This document shows positions 26,912 through 36,400 of a DNA stretch of 64,000 bases, in pieces. Numbering within the stretch: the stretch's first letter is position 1; every line of letters begins with the position of its first letter. The DNA lies in NCBI GenBank assembly GCA_965218435.1, contig CBDCKW010000009.1:2528001-2592000 (forward strand). Reading direction: 5' to 3'. Below the pieces are notes generated by a model. It was not told the origin of the DNA, searched no databases, and saw nothing but the letters and a program-made list of their open reading frames with translations. This DNA is from Truepera sp. (lineage in GTDB: Bacteria > Deinococcota > Deinococci > Deinococcales > Trueperaceae). The position numbers were made by a program, and so were the translations under genes.

Positions 26912-26953
26912 CACATCAGTATAGACGTATATCGTCTCGGTAAGGCGAAATCT

Positions 26954-27601
26954 TTACCCGTGCGCTTGCAACAGCTTCTCCAACTCCGCCTCTTTATTCG
27001 CCCGGTCACGTTCTGAAATAGGCGCGGCCAGGTGGCGGCGCAGCGTTTCCGCGTCCAGCTTTGGCTTATGAAAGTCACGGAACATCTCGACGGCTGAAAG
27101 GGTCTCGCCCTTATAAGGGTGCAGCGTGACCTCATCACCGACTTGAACGCTACCTACTTGCAACACACGGCAGTACACGCCGGGACGTTCCGCCTCTCGG
27201 AACTTTTTGACGAACATCTCATCTTCCATCCGCGCCGCCAAAGTGACACAGGGGACGCGCGGTGAGGTGACCTCGAGCACTACCGTCCCGACTTCTAAGC
27301 GGTCACCGACCTGTAAACCGGCACTCTCAAACCCGCTTACCGTCAGGTTCTCGCCGAAGGTACCAGGATGGAATTCCTTACCCAAAGCTTCTGCCCACCA
27401 GTCATAATCAGGTACGCCGTAAACATACACCGCCTGATCTACCCCGCCGTGATTTTTGGTGTCGCAAATGGCGTCATCTTCCAAACCCAACGTGCCGACC
27501 CTGACCGGAGCGTCGGTAGAGCGTTTGTAAATTCCTGTCTGCCCCGATTTTGCCTCGATAGCTCGAGCTTTCCCGATGTTGACGCTGGTTAGTTTCATCA
27601 T
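26954..27601 (-). CDS. MOSC domain protein (YiiM-like)
   Basis: HGGVDQAVY, GTFGENL, PRVPC, RPGVYCRVL. Confidence 0.92.
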   Translation of the reverse strand: MMKLTSVNIGKARAIEAKSGQTGIYKRSTDAPVRVGTLGLEDDAICDTKNHGGVDQAVYVYGVPDYDWWAEALGKEFHPGTFGENLTVSGFESAGLQVGDRLEVGTVVLEVTSPRVPCVTLAARMEDEMFVKKFREAERPGVYCRVLQVGSVQVGDEVTLHPYKGETLSAVEMFRDFHKPKLDAETLRRHLAAPISERDRANKEAELEKLLQAHG

Positions 27602-27754
27602 GCTCCTTTATCAGCCGTAGTTTACAAGATACGAGCTGGAGCCGCCGCGCGGCAAAAATACACTTTGGTCAGGTCGCTTTGTAAGCAGTCTTCTCCTTTG
27701 ATTAACCGTCTCTTAAATTGGCCCTCATCTACCTGAGCACAAGGTTAGGCTAAA

Positions 27755-28177
27755 ATGAAAGAGATGAGCAAGTTTTTATCTGCCTTCGCCGCAGACCCCG
27801 AAGAACAGCGGTTTAACAAAGCGGTCATACATTTGCGCTCGCTCGTATTTAGCCCTCTAAGTGACGATCACGTCGTTGCGCTGGCCTTACTTTACGAACT
27901 CGGTGAGTTGTACCGGCGGGCTTTTGAAACCGACCAGGTACGCCACACCTCGGCGCAGCATGGCACTCAGGAAGAGGCGCTTGGGGCACACCTGCGTGCG
28001 CTCGGTCTACCCGGCAAGGTCAGCGACTTGACCCCAGCCCAATTAGAAATATTGGTCAACACTTGGGAAGTGCGCTCGAGCAGTCTCCCGCAACCCTTTG
28101 ACCAGACGATGCGTGCGTTCGTGTTACACGTAAAAACGCTCCTCAGCTCGAGCCAACCGTCTGCTTTGACCCTATAG
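27755..28177 (+). CDS. Hypothetical protein
   Basis: 140-aa ORF filling the gap; no family recognised; start may be ATG 27764 (TAAAAT-N7). Confidence 0.6.
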   Translation: MKEMSKFLSAFAADPEEQRFNKAVIHLRSLVFSPLSDDHVVALALLYELGELYRRAFETDQVRHTSAQHGTQEEALGAHLRALGLPGKVSDLTPAQLEILVNTWEVRSSSLPQPFDQTMRAFVLHVKTLLSSSQPSALTL

Positions 28178-28345
28178 TTTTTGGCCCTATAGTTGAGAAG
28201 CGCCTCGAAACTTACGACTGCGTCATGTTTTCTTTGGCGGACGGCCAGTTTATAGATTCTGTCTCCTGTATGCTCAATTCTTTCTTCTTACGCCCGGTGC
28301 CCTGCAGTGCCGCCAGCCGAGTTTAGCAACACAGCTTAGCCAGCC

Positions 28346-28705
28346 CTAAAGCTCGCGTTCACGGCCCCGTCCGATCAGCGCGTTGAGGGCAGTGCTGATA
28401 ATCGTCAAGACGAGCGCCGCAATCAGCGTCGTCCCGAAACCGGTCGTCGCCAGCGGGGTCAGCGCAACCACGATGCCGAGTGTGACCGCGTTGACGACCA
28501 GCAAAAAGAGCCCGAGCGTCAAGAGCGTTAGGGGCAGCGTTAAGAGGATCATGATGGGGCGCACGACGGCGTTGACCAAACCCAAGACGAGCGCGGCAAT
28601 AAGAATCGGCCAGAGGCCCGGTTGGGTAAAGCTGATGCCCGGAATGATCTGGGTCGTCAACCAAAGCGAGACGGCGTTGAGCAGCCAGCGGAGGAGCAGA
28701 TACAT
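28346..28705 (-). CDS. 4-TM phage holin family membrane protein (YvlD-like)
   Basis: LVNAVVRPIMILLTLPLTLLTLGLFLLVVNA signature. Confidence 0.9.
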   Translation of the reverse strand: MYLLLRWLLNAVSLWLTTQIIPGISFTQPGLWPILIAALVLGLVNAVVRPIMILLTLPLTLLTLGLFLLVVNAVTLGIVVALTPLATTGFGTTLIAALVLTIISTALNALIGRGREREL

Positions 28706-28779
28706 AGGGTCAGTTTAGCAGGGTTTTAGTTTAGCAGGGCGCTGTGTGCGGCGGCTAGCGAGCCGGTTAAACTAGCCTT

Positions 28780-29043
28780 ATGCGCTATACACTCGACCGC
28801 TTTGAAGACGCGGGACTCGCGGTGCTCGAGACCGACACCGGCGACTCGCTCATCGTCCCCCGCACCGAGTTGCCCCCGGACGTGCAGGAGGGCGACGTTT
28901 TGAGTAAGCTGCCCTGGTACCGCTGGCACGACGAGGTTCGTTATACCGCCGAGCCAGACTTAACCGCCGAGCGCCGCCGCGAGGGTGAACAGCTCCGCGC
29001 CGAATTATCCGTACTCAAAGACAAGGGCGACATCGAACTGTGA
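28780..29043 (+). CDS. DUF3006 family protein
   Basis: [13 protein letters not shown]...[11 protein letters not shown]. Confidence 0.8.
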   Translation: MRYTLDRFEDAGLAVLETDTGDSLIVPRTELPPDVQEGDVLSKLPWYRWHDEVRYTAEPDLTAERRREGEQLRAELSVLKDKGDIEL

Positions 29044-30077
29044 ACAGGTGTAACGTAACCCAAACCGTTACAAGAGCTTTTGCTACGCTCAGCTTGCTGC
29101 TCGTCTTACTGGTTGGTTGTGAAAACTCACCCGAACGCCTCACACTAAGTTTTATTGACGTGGGTCAAGGTGACGCCGTACTCATCCGCTCGCCTTCGGG
29201 TCAAAACGTCCTTTACGACGGCGGCAGGCCCGACAAAGAAGTACTGGAGTATCTGCAATCCGTCGGGGTGACTACGCTCGATCTAGTGATCGCCTCGCAC
29301 GCCGACGCCGACCATATCGGGGGGCTCGAGGCGGTGGTGCGCACCTACAAACCCCGGCTCTTTATGGACAACGGTTTGCCGCACGATACGCAAACCTACC
29401 AGGGGCTTTTACGGGCAGTACAAGCTGCGGGTTCTCAAGTCGTGCCGCCGACGGCGCGGCGTATCGGTTTGGGTGACGCGTCGCTGCAGGTCATTCCGCC
29501 GCCGGACGACGCCGGTATGAGCAGCAACGACCACAGCGTCGGTGTAATCGTGAGTTATGGCAAATTTCGGGCCGCGCTAACCGGTGACGCCGAAGTATCT
29601 GAGTTTCGTTGGTGGCTGGACAACGTTCCTGAGTTGCTAGAGCCCGTTGAGGTCTATAAAGCGGCGCATCACGGCTCGCCCAATGGTGACAGCGAAGAGA
29701 GTATGACGACGTTCAAACCCAAAACGGTCGTGATTTCGGTAGGCAAAGATAACGCCTACGGGCACCCGTCAGCAGAGGCGTTGGCACTTTACCAGGGCGT
29801 CGGCGCAGAGGTTTACCGCACCGACCAGAGCGGCACCATCAGTGTTTCGGCAGCGCAAAACGGCAGCTATCAGGTGAGCGTGAACCCTACCACGGGCGCA
29901 GAAGCTGAACGTCCAGAGCCTACAGATTTCGGTGCAGCATCGGATGAAAATGACCGCGATTGTAGCGACTTTGCCACGCAAGTCGAGGCGCAAGCGTTTT
30001 TCGAGGCGGCGGGGCCGGGTGACCCGAATAGACTCGACGGGAACGGCGACGGGGTGGTCTGTACGTCACTGCCCTGA
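29040..30077 (+). CDS. ComEC/Rec2-like metallo-beta-lactamase-fold lipoprotein with C-terminal Excalibur-like Ca-binding domain
   Basis: Lipobox [46 protein letters not shown]...[11 protein letters not shown]. Confidence 0.88.
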   Translation: MNRCNVTQTVTRAFATLSLLLVLLVGCENSPERLTLSFIDVGQGDAVLIRSPSGQNVLYDGGRPDKEVLEYLQSVGVTTLDLVIASHADADHIGGLEAVVRTYKPRLFMDNGLPHDTQTYQGLLRAVQAAGSQVVPPTARRIGLGDASLQVIPPPDDAGMSSNDHSVGVIVSYGKFRAALTGDAEVSEFRWWLDNVPELLEPVEVYKAAHHGSPNGDSEESMTTFKPKTVVISVGKDNAYGHPSAEALALYQGVGAEVYRTDQSGTISVSAAQNGSYQVSVNPTTGAEAERPEPTDFGAASDENDRDCSDFATQVEAQAFFEAAGPGDPNRLDGNGDGVVCTSLP

Positions 30078-30194
30078 CCGAAAGAGTATCAACGCAACTA
30101 ATGAACCAAGAATAAGTTTACGTTCGGTTTCGGCCTTTTTCATCTGCTGGCGCTTCTACCGCAACAGCTTAGGAGAGGTGAACGTCACTAACCT

Positions 30195-30470
30195 CATCAG
30201 GTACGGGCTAACTGAGAACTGTACCGCTTTTATTTTGGTATGTCCTTTTAGAATAGTTTTGCAGAGGCGACGCCCGCCGTCCATCAAGGAGCCGTTAGAG
30301 AATGATCGGATAGCTGAAATCGGCTTTTTGTACTCGTTCAAAGTGCTTTAAGACCTCTCGAGGTGTAGGTGCAGCTAGACCAAACCAACAGTTTTCGTCC
30401 AGTTCCTTAATAGAAGCGACCTCAACCTCGAAAGGTATTAACTGCTCGGCCCGTTTCCGCAACCCTTAGA
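30195..30470 (-). pseudogene. Frameshifted, 5'-truncated small ParB/Srx-like protein
   Basis: Hand translation FEVEVASIKELDENCWF..PTPREVLKHFERVQKADFSYPIIL* (stop 30297-30295) continues in another frame as NGSLMDGGRRLCKTILKGHTKIKAVQF; ends approximate. Confidence 0.6.
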
Positions 30471-30797
30471 GTCGCGGTGCTCAGCCAATACGCCCGCCGA
30501 CGTGAGGTAGTACACGCCGTCAATACTGTCTTCTAACACGCCGTAAAACGCGTACCCGACCGGCTCTTGGTCTAGTGTCTGAGAGGCTAAAAACCATAAG
30601 TTCGGGTGAAACGGGCCGCGCCAGCGTTTGAGCCACGCCCAAAACGCTTCAGACGGCCTAGAGCCTTCACTTTGTTCAAACACGCTTTGAAACTGCTCGT
30701 CGCTCTCTTCGCTCCACGTCTCGAGCACCAAAGGCGTCCCGAGCGGCGGGAGTTCAGCCAGGTCGAACTCGAGTTAGTCTCGCGGCCTACTCGACAC
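30438..30797 (-). pseudogene. GNAT-like fragment with in-frame stop and 3' truncation
   Basis: GTG 30797 VSSRPRD*LEFDLAELPPLG.. (TAA 30776-30774); ends after the GNAT motif start SAGVLAEHR. Confidence 0.55.
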
Positions 30798-30839
30798 ATT
30801 ACCAACACTTAGCTGAACGCAGCGGCTAAACTAGTAGTT

Positions 30840-31796
30840 GTGTTTACCGAGATTCGCCAAGCGTGCGCCTACGTCGCTGAGCACGCACATTTTGTCAGGC
30901 TCGAGACCGCTCACCTAAAAACCTACGCTGAACAACTAGACCTTTCCGTCATCACTGCGCCCGTCTACGACGCCGAGCATCACTTTACGGGCGGCACGAT
31001 CACCGAAAACGCCGAAGCCGTGCTCGCGTTCAATCTCACACTAGACACCATCAACTTCGGTTCCGGTTATTTCCCGCACTTACAAAAGCGCCCCGGGATG
31101 TCGGGGTACTTTACGGTGGCCTCGAGCCTCAAAGATTACTTTGACGCGCACGGCCCGCTTTCGGCGGCTGAACTGGTCTCGCTTACACCCGAAAAAACTG
31201 CTGGTATATTTGCCCAAGACCTGACCGACCCGGGTCGCGCCGAGCTGCTGCGTCACTTTACCGAAGCGTTGGGGCAGCTCGGTAGCTACCTTTCGGAGCG
31301 GTTTAGCGGTTCCTTCGTGCGCTTGGTCGAGCAGGCGGAGGGGTCGGCGGAAAGGCTTGCGGAACTGCTCGCGGAGATGCCCTATTTTCAAGACGTGTCG
31401 AACTATCACGGCGTCTCAGTGCCCCTCTATAAACGGGCGCAGATCGCCGCTTCGGACCTCTCCCTAGCATTTGGCGGGCAAGGGTGGGGTACCTTTTCCG
31501 ACCTGGATAAGCTTACGATTTTTGCTGACAACCTCGTCCCGCACGTGCTACGCATAGACGGCCTGCTCAGCTATGACGCGGGGCTAGAGACGCGTATCCA
31601 AGCGGGCGAGCTGATCGCCGCCGGGTCACCCGAGGAGGTTGAAATCCGCGCCGTGGCGCTGCACGCCGCCGAACAGCTTTCAGCACTGCTGCCGGGGGTA
31701 GCGCCTCGAGATCTCGATATCTATCTCTGGAACCGGGGGCAAGGCGAGGTGTATAAAGCGGCCCCGCGCCACCGTACCCGCACGGTTTTTTACTGA
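30840..31796 (+). CDS. Queuosine salvage N-glycosylase/hydrolase (DUF2419/QNG1 family)
   Basis: LDTINFGSGYF, FQD, YKRAQIAASDL, LTIFADNLVPHVLR, EEVEIRA, LDIYLW, HRTRTVFY. Confidence 0.88.
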   Translation: MFTEIRQACAYVAEHAHFVRLETAHLKTYAEQLDLSVITAPVYDAEHHFTGGTITENAEAVLAFNLTLDTINFGSGYFPHLQKRPGMSGYFTVASSLKDYFDAHGPLSAAELVSLTPEKTAGIFAQDLTDPGRAELLRHFTEALGQLGSYLSERFSGSFVRLVEQAEGSAERLAELLAEMPYFQDVSNYHGVSVPLYKRAQIAASDLSLAFGGQGWGTFSDLDKLTIFADNLVPHVLRIDGLLSYDAGLETRIQAGELIAAGSPEEVEIRAVALHAAEQLSALLPGVAPRDLDIYLWNRGQGEVYKAAPRHRTRTVFY

Positions 31797-31815
31797 TGGT
31801 TTTCGCTAAGGCTCA

Positions 31816-32655
31816 ATGACCGTCGCTGAAGTGTTGAAATCAGCTGAGGCGCGGCTCGAGGCGGCTGGACTCGAGACCCCCCCAAGGGAGGCCGCCGCGC
31901 TATTAGGGACCTTGTTACAGTTTTCGAGAAGTGAACTGCTTCTAAGCCGTACGAGAGTCCTAACGCCTACCGAGTTGGAGACGCTAGAAGGGTGGCTTAG
32001 CCGCCGCGAACACCGTGAACCCCTGCAGCACATCGTCGGCATGGCACCTTTTTACGGTTTAGAGTTGCGCGTTACCCCGGATACGCTGATTCCCCGCCCG
32101 GAAACCGAAATGTTGGTTGCGTACGGGCTCGAGGCGTTAGCAGGCACAGTTAGGCCCAACCTCTTAGATATCGGCACCGGCAGCGGAGCTGTCGCGCTGG
32201 CGCTTAAATACGAACGCCCGGACGCACAGGTGTGGGCGACCGACCTCTCCCGAGCGGCCTTGGACGTCGCTCAAAAGAACGCCGAGCGGTTGGGACTCGC
32301 GGTTCACTTTATGTTGTCCGACCTGCTGTTAGACCCTGACGTGAGCGCGTTTGCCCGAACCGCCAACCTACTTATCAGCAACCCGCCCTACTTACCGGAG
32401 AGTGACGCGGCGTGGCTCAGTCCTGAAGTCAAGCGTGACCCACCGGGGGCGCTCTTTTCCGGCACTGACGGGCTTACTCACTTCCGGCAGCTCAGCGCCC
32501 AGGCTTTGACGCTGCTTAAACCCGGCGCAAGCTGCCTCGTCGAACTCGATCCGCGTAACATAAGGCAAGCCCAAGCCGAGAGTACGGTTTGGGCTGAGAC
32601 GATTGTCTTCACCGATTTGGTGGGCCGAGAACGGTTTTTACGGCTTCAACGCTGA
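31816..32655 (+). CDS. prmC: Release factor glutamine methyltransferase
   Basis: EPLQHIVG, LIPRPETE, DIGTGSG, SNPPY. Confidence 0.95.
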   Translation: MTVAEVLKSAEARLEAAGLETPPREAAALLGTLLQFSRSELLLSRTRVLTPTELETLEGWLSRREHREPLQHIVGMAPFYGLELRVTPDTLIPRPETEMLVAYGLEALAGTVRPNLLDIGTGSGAVALALKYERPDAQVWATDLSRAALDVAQKNAERLGLAVHFMLSDLLLDPDVSAFARTANLLISNPPYLPESDAAWLSPEVKRDPPGALFSGTDGLTHFRQLSAQALTLLKPGASCLVELDPRNIRQAQAESTVWAETIVFTDLVGRERFLRLQR

Positions 32656-32672
32656 GGGCCCAAGCTAATAAC

Positions 32673-33167
32673 CTAGTCAACCTGCTTTTCAGCCGGATAC
32701 TCTGAGTTTCGTCTGGGTCGCTCGAAAAAGCTCGAGAGAATCAGGAGCGCCGCGCCGACAACCACACAAGAGTCGGCGACGTTAAACACCGGAAAGTTAA
32801 AGTTCGGCAGGTAAAAGTGGATAAAGTCGCGGACATACCCAAGGGCAAAGCGGTCGATCATATTGCCCACCGCGCCCGCTAAGATGAGCGTAAACGCCCA
32901 CGCTTGTACCCGCGGCAGCGTCCGCGAGTTTCTGAACAGATAGATCAAAATCCCCAGCGCCACGACCGCCGACAACACGCCCAACAGCAGCGTCGCTGCC
33001 GGACCCCGCTGCAAGATGCCGAACGCCGCGCCGATATTCTTTGTATAGGTAAAGTGGAAGCCCAAACCCAAGGGAACGCTGGGGCCGCCTAACGGAAAAT
33101 TATTAACGGCCCACACCTTGCTCAGTTGGTCTAGCGCGACGAGCACCGCTGCAAAAATCAGATACAT
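32673..33167 (-). CDS. lspA: Lipoprotein signal peptidase II
   Basis: DQLSK, NIGAAFG, GAVGNMIDR, VRDFI, FNVADS. Confidence 0.96.
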   Translation of the reverse strand: MYLIFAAVLVALDQLSKVWAVNNFPLGGPSVPLGLGFHFTYTKNIGAAFGILQRGPAATLLLGVLSAVVALGILIYLFRNSRTLPRVQAWAFTLILAGAVGNMIDRFALGYVRDFIHFYLPNFNFPVFNVADSCVVVGAALLILSSFFERPRRNSEYPAEKQVD

Positions 33168-33341
33168 AACCTAAGTATAAACCCCGCACGAACCCCGGTC
33201 ACGGTGCGAACACCTTTGTACGAGCTGCCGCTCTATAGAGCTAGGTGCGCGTAACAGGCGTAACTTGTAAAGAATCCGGGTTGGACGTTTAGAGACTTAG
33301 GTAAAATGGTACAAACAATTGGAGAAAGCAGTGTTTTACTA

Positions 33342-33360
33342 TGTATATTAGGTATATACA
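33342..33360. promoter_or_regulatory. Palindromic candidate operator upstream of the NAD-GDH gene
   Basis: TGTATAT-TAGGT-ATATACA, between a TAAAAT -10 (33302-33307) and the AAGGAGG SD. Confidence 0.45.
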
Positions 33361-33413
33361 CCTCTACGTTCGCCTGCTAATGAACGAGTCACGACCTTAA
33401 GGAGGGGTACGCT

Positions 33414-36400
33414 GTGCCTGCGACCCTAAATCAGCTGCAACAACTGATCAGCCATAGTAAACGGAGCCGGACCACGCTCTCAAAGCGGCTGCTCGGCACG
33501 CTTTTCGAACGGGCGACGCCTGAGCTGTTAGCGCACTTTACGCCGGGCGGTTTAGAGGCGCTTGGCGGGGCAGCAGCAGCGTTTTTAGCGCAACCCGAAG
33601 AACTAAAAGTGCGCGTCTATAATCCAACGGCCGAAACGCACGGTTGGACGGTTCCCTATACAGTCGTCGAGCTTTCCCTGCCCGACCGCCCGTTTATCGT
33701 TGATTCGGTGCGGGCCGCGGTGCAGCGGCAGGGGTATGAGCCTCTCTACGTCTTGCATCCGGTGCTGAAGGTGCTGCGGGACGCTGCCGGTGAGCTCGTC
33801 GGCCTGATGAGCGCCGCCGACATTGAGACGAACACTGGAACGCAACCTTCTGACGCGCGGTCGGATATTCAAGAACAGGATAGACAGACACCAACGAGCA
33901 GCAAAGTTGCTTATGAGCTGTTCTTCGTCTCGCCGGTCGCGCGCCAAGCCGACCGGGACGCCCTCGGTCAGGGCGTTAGGGACGCCCTGACCGACGTGCT
34001 GCTGGCGACGCGCGACTACGGCGCGATGCAAACCCAAGCTGAAGCGTGGGCGCTCGAGCTGAGCAACCTTGCTAACAGCTCGAGTGGCGAACGCGCCGAC
34101 GAACTCTCCGAGTACGCCGCCTTTATGCGCTGGCTGGGAGCCGACCACTTCGTCTTTTTGGGCTACCGCGAGTACGATATTTTACAAAACGGAACGCCGA
34201 AGCTGCAGGTCACTCCCGACTCGGGCCTCGGGATTTTGAGCAAGCCCAGCAGCGCCTACGAGACGCCGACGCCGCTTTCAGAAATTCCTGAAGAGCTGCG
34301 CGAACGCATCCTCAGCGGACGCGTCCTGACCGTGACCAAAACCAACGCCGAGGCGACCGTTCACCGTCCGGTGCGGATGGATTACCTCGGGATCAAAAAG
34401 GTACAGGGCGAGCTTTACGTCGGGGAAGTGCGTTTCATCGGGCTGTTTACCTCGAAGGCGCTGGCTGCGTCCGTTGAAGAGATTCCCATTTTACGGCGCA
34501 AGCTGCGGCTGGTGTTAGAGCTTGACGGCGCGGAGCCGGGTTCGCACGACTTTAAGCAGCTCGTGTCGGTGTTCGGCTCGCTGCCCCGCGATGAACTCTT
34601 CTGGAGCGACGCGCCGCGGCTTTTAGGCGACGTCCGCACTGTGATCGGCGCGGCCCAGAGCGGCGGGGTACGCGTTACGGTGCGGCCCGACCCGCTGGCG
34701 CGGGGGCTCGCGGTGATGGTTATTATGCCGCGCGAACGCTTTAACTCGGGGGTACGGCGGCGGGTACAGGCGTATTTGGCCCAAGAGCTCGGCGCAACCC
34801 ATACCGATTATCAGCTGGTTATGGGCGAAGGCGACGAGGGCGTGCGGTTTCACTTTTTTTTCTCGACCGAGACCGACTACCGAACGCTCAATCTGGGGGT
34901 GCTCGAGGGAGGTGTCCAAGCCCTGACCCGAACCTGGGGCGATCAGCTGAGTGACCTGCTGCGACGTCAGCCGGGTTCTGCAGGTGAACAGCTGGCGAGG
35001 CGTTACGCAGACGCGTTTGACGAACGCTACCGCGCCGACACCACCCCCGAAACGGCGTTACGCGACGTGGCGTATATCGAACGGCTCAGGCGTGAAGCCC
35101 AAACTGCGCCAAACACGCCGCCTGTTGTCGTCAATCTGCTGAACCCAAACGAGTCGGCGCACACCTCGCAGGCAGCCTTGGGGCAGGACTTAGCAGAGCT
35201 CGGCACCGGAGCCAGTCATCTGGAGGTCTATCACACAGGTCCTACGCTGGTCTTAAGCGACGCCTTACCGCTGCTGGAAAACTTGGGGCTCAGGGTGCTC
35301 GAGCAGGTCGCTTATACCTTTGACCTGAGCGAACTGCCGGAGACCGAACCGATTTCGGCAGCTTCAAACGTGTCAGCTTCAAACGTAGCAGCTTCGGGCG
35401 TCTACGGCCTCGATATCTTCCGCGTTCAGGACCGGCGCGGGGCGGCGCTCGAGGTTGACAAAGTCGGTGAACACCTCTGCGCCGCGCTGACGGCGCTGTT
35501 ACGGGGTGACGCGGAAAACGACCGGCTGAACCGTCTGGTTCTCTCGGCGGGCCTCAGCGTGCGGCAGGTCGCGCTCTTACGCGCGTTACAGATGTATACC
35601 GCGCAGCTGAGTACAGGCGTCAGCCGCAGCTTCGTCGTAGATACGCTCCTCAACCAACCGGCGCTGGCCGCGCAGTTAGTCAAGCTGTTCGAGCTTAAAT
35701 TTGCACCTGAGCTTAGAGACCGGGACGTGCGCCTTACGGCGGCCCAGGGAGCGTTTGAAGAGGGCTTGCAGGCGGTCTCATCGCTCGCCGAAGACGAAAC
35801 GCTCCGCGCGCTGCACGGCCTCGTAGACGCCGCCGTACGGACGAACTACTTTTTGGACAAACCCTATATTTCGTTCAAGCTCGAGTCGGCCAAAGTTCCG
35901 CAGATGCCTGAGCCACGCCCGATGTTTGAGATCGCGGTGTCCGCCCCGCACGTCGAAGGGACGCACCTGCGTGGGGGCCGGGTCGCGCGCGGCGGCCTCC
36001 GCTGGAGCGACCGCCCCGACGACTTTCGTACCGAAGTGTTGGGTCTGATGAAAACCCAGATGACCAAAAACGCCGTGATCGTGCCGGTCGGCTCCAAAGG
36101 CGGCTTCGTCCTTAAAGGTGCGCCGACCGAGCGGGACGCACTCCAAGCGTTTGTCCGCGAACAGTACCAAACGTACTTGCGCGGGCTGTTAGACCTGACC
36201 GATAACTTGCTTGACGGGCAACCGGTCACGCCGGAAGGTCTGGTCGTCTACGACGAGCCCGACCCCTACTTAGTCGTCGCAGCCGACAAGGGTACCGCGA
36301 CCTTTTCCGACCTAGCCAACGACACCGCCGCTGAATACGACTTTTGGTTGGGCGACGCCTTCGCCTCGGGCGGCTCGCACGGCTATGACCATAAGGCCGA

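Noticed and set aside
28236..28326. Possible small RNA (GGCGG...CCGCC ends, downstream of a minus-strand TAAACT)
   Set aside because: Pairing is short and no family is recognised; support is insufficient.
28346..28705. Holin as evidence of a prophage
   Set aside because: This 4-TM family is commonly chromosomal, and there are no phage genes nearby.
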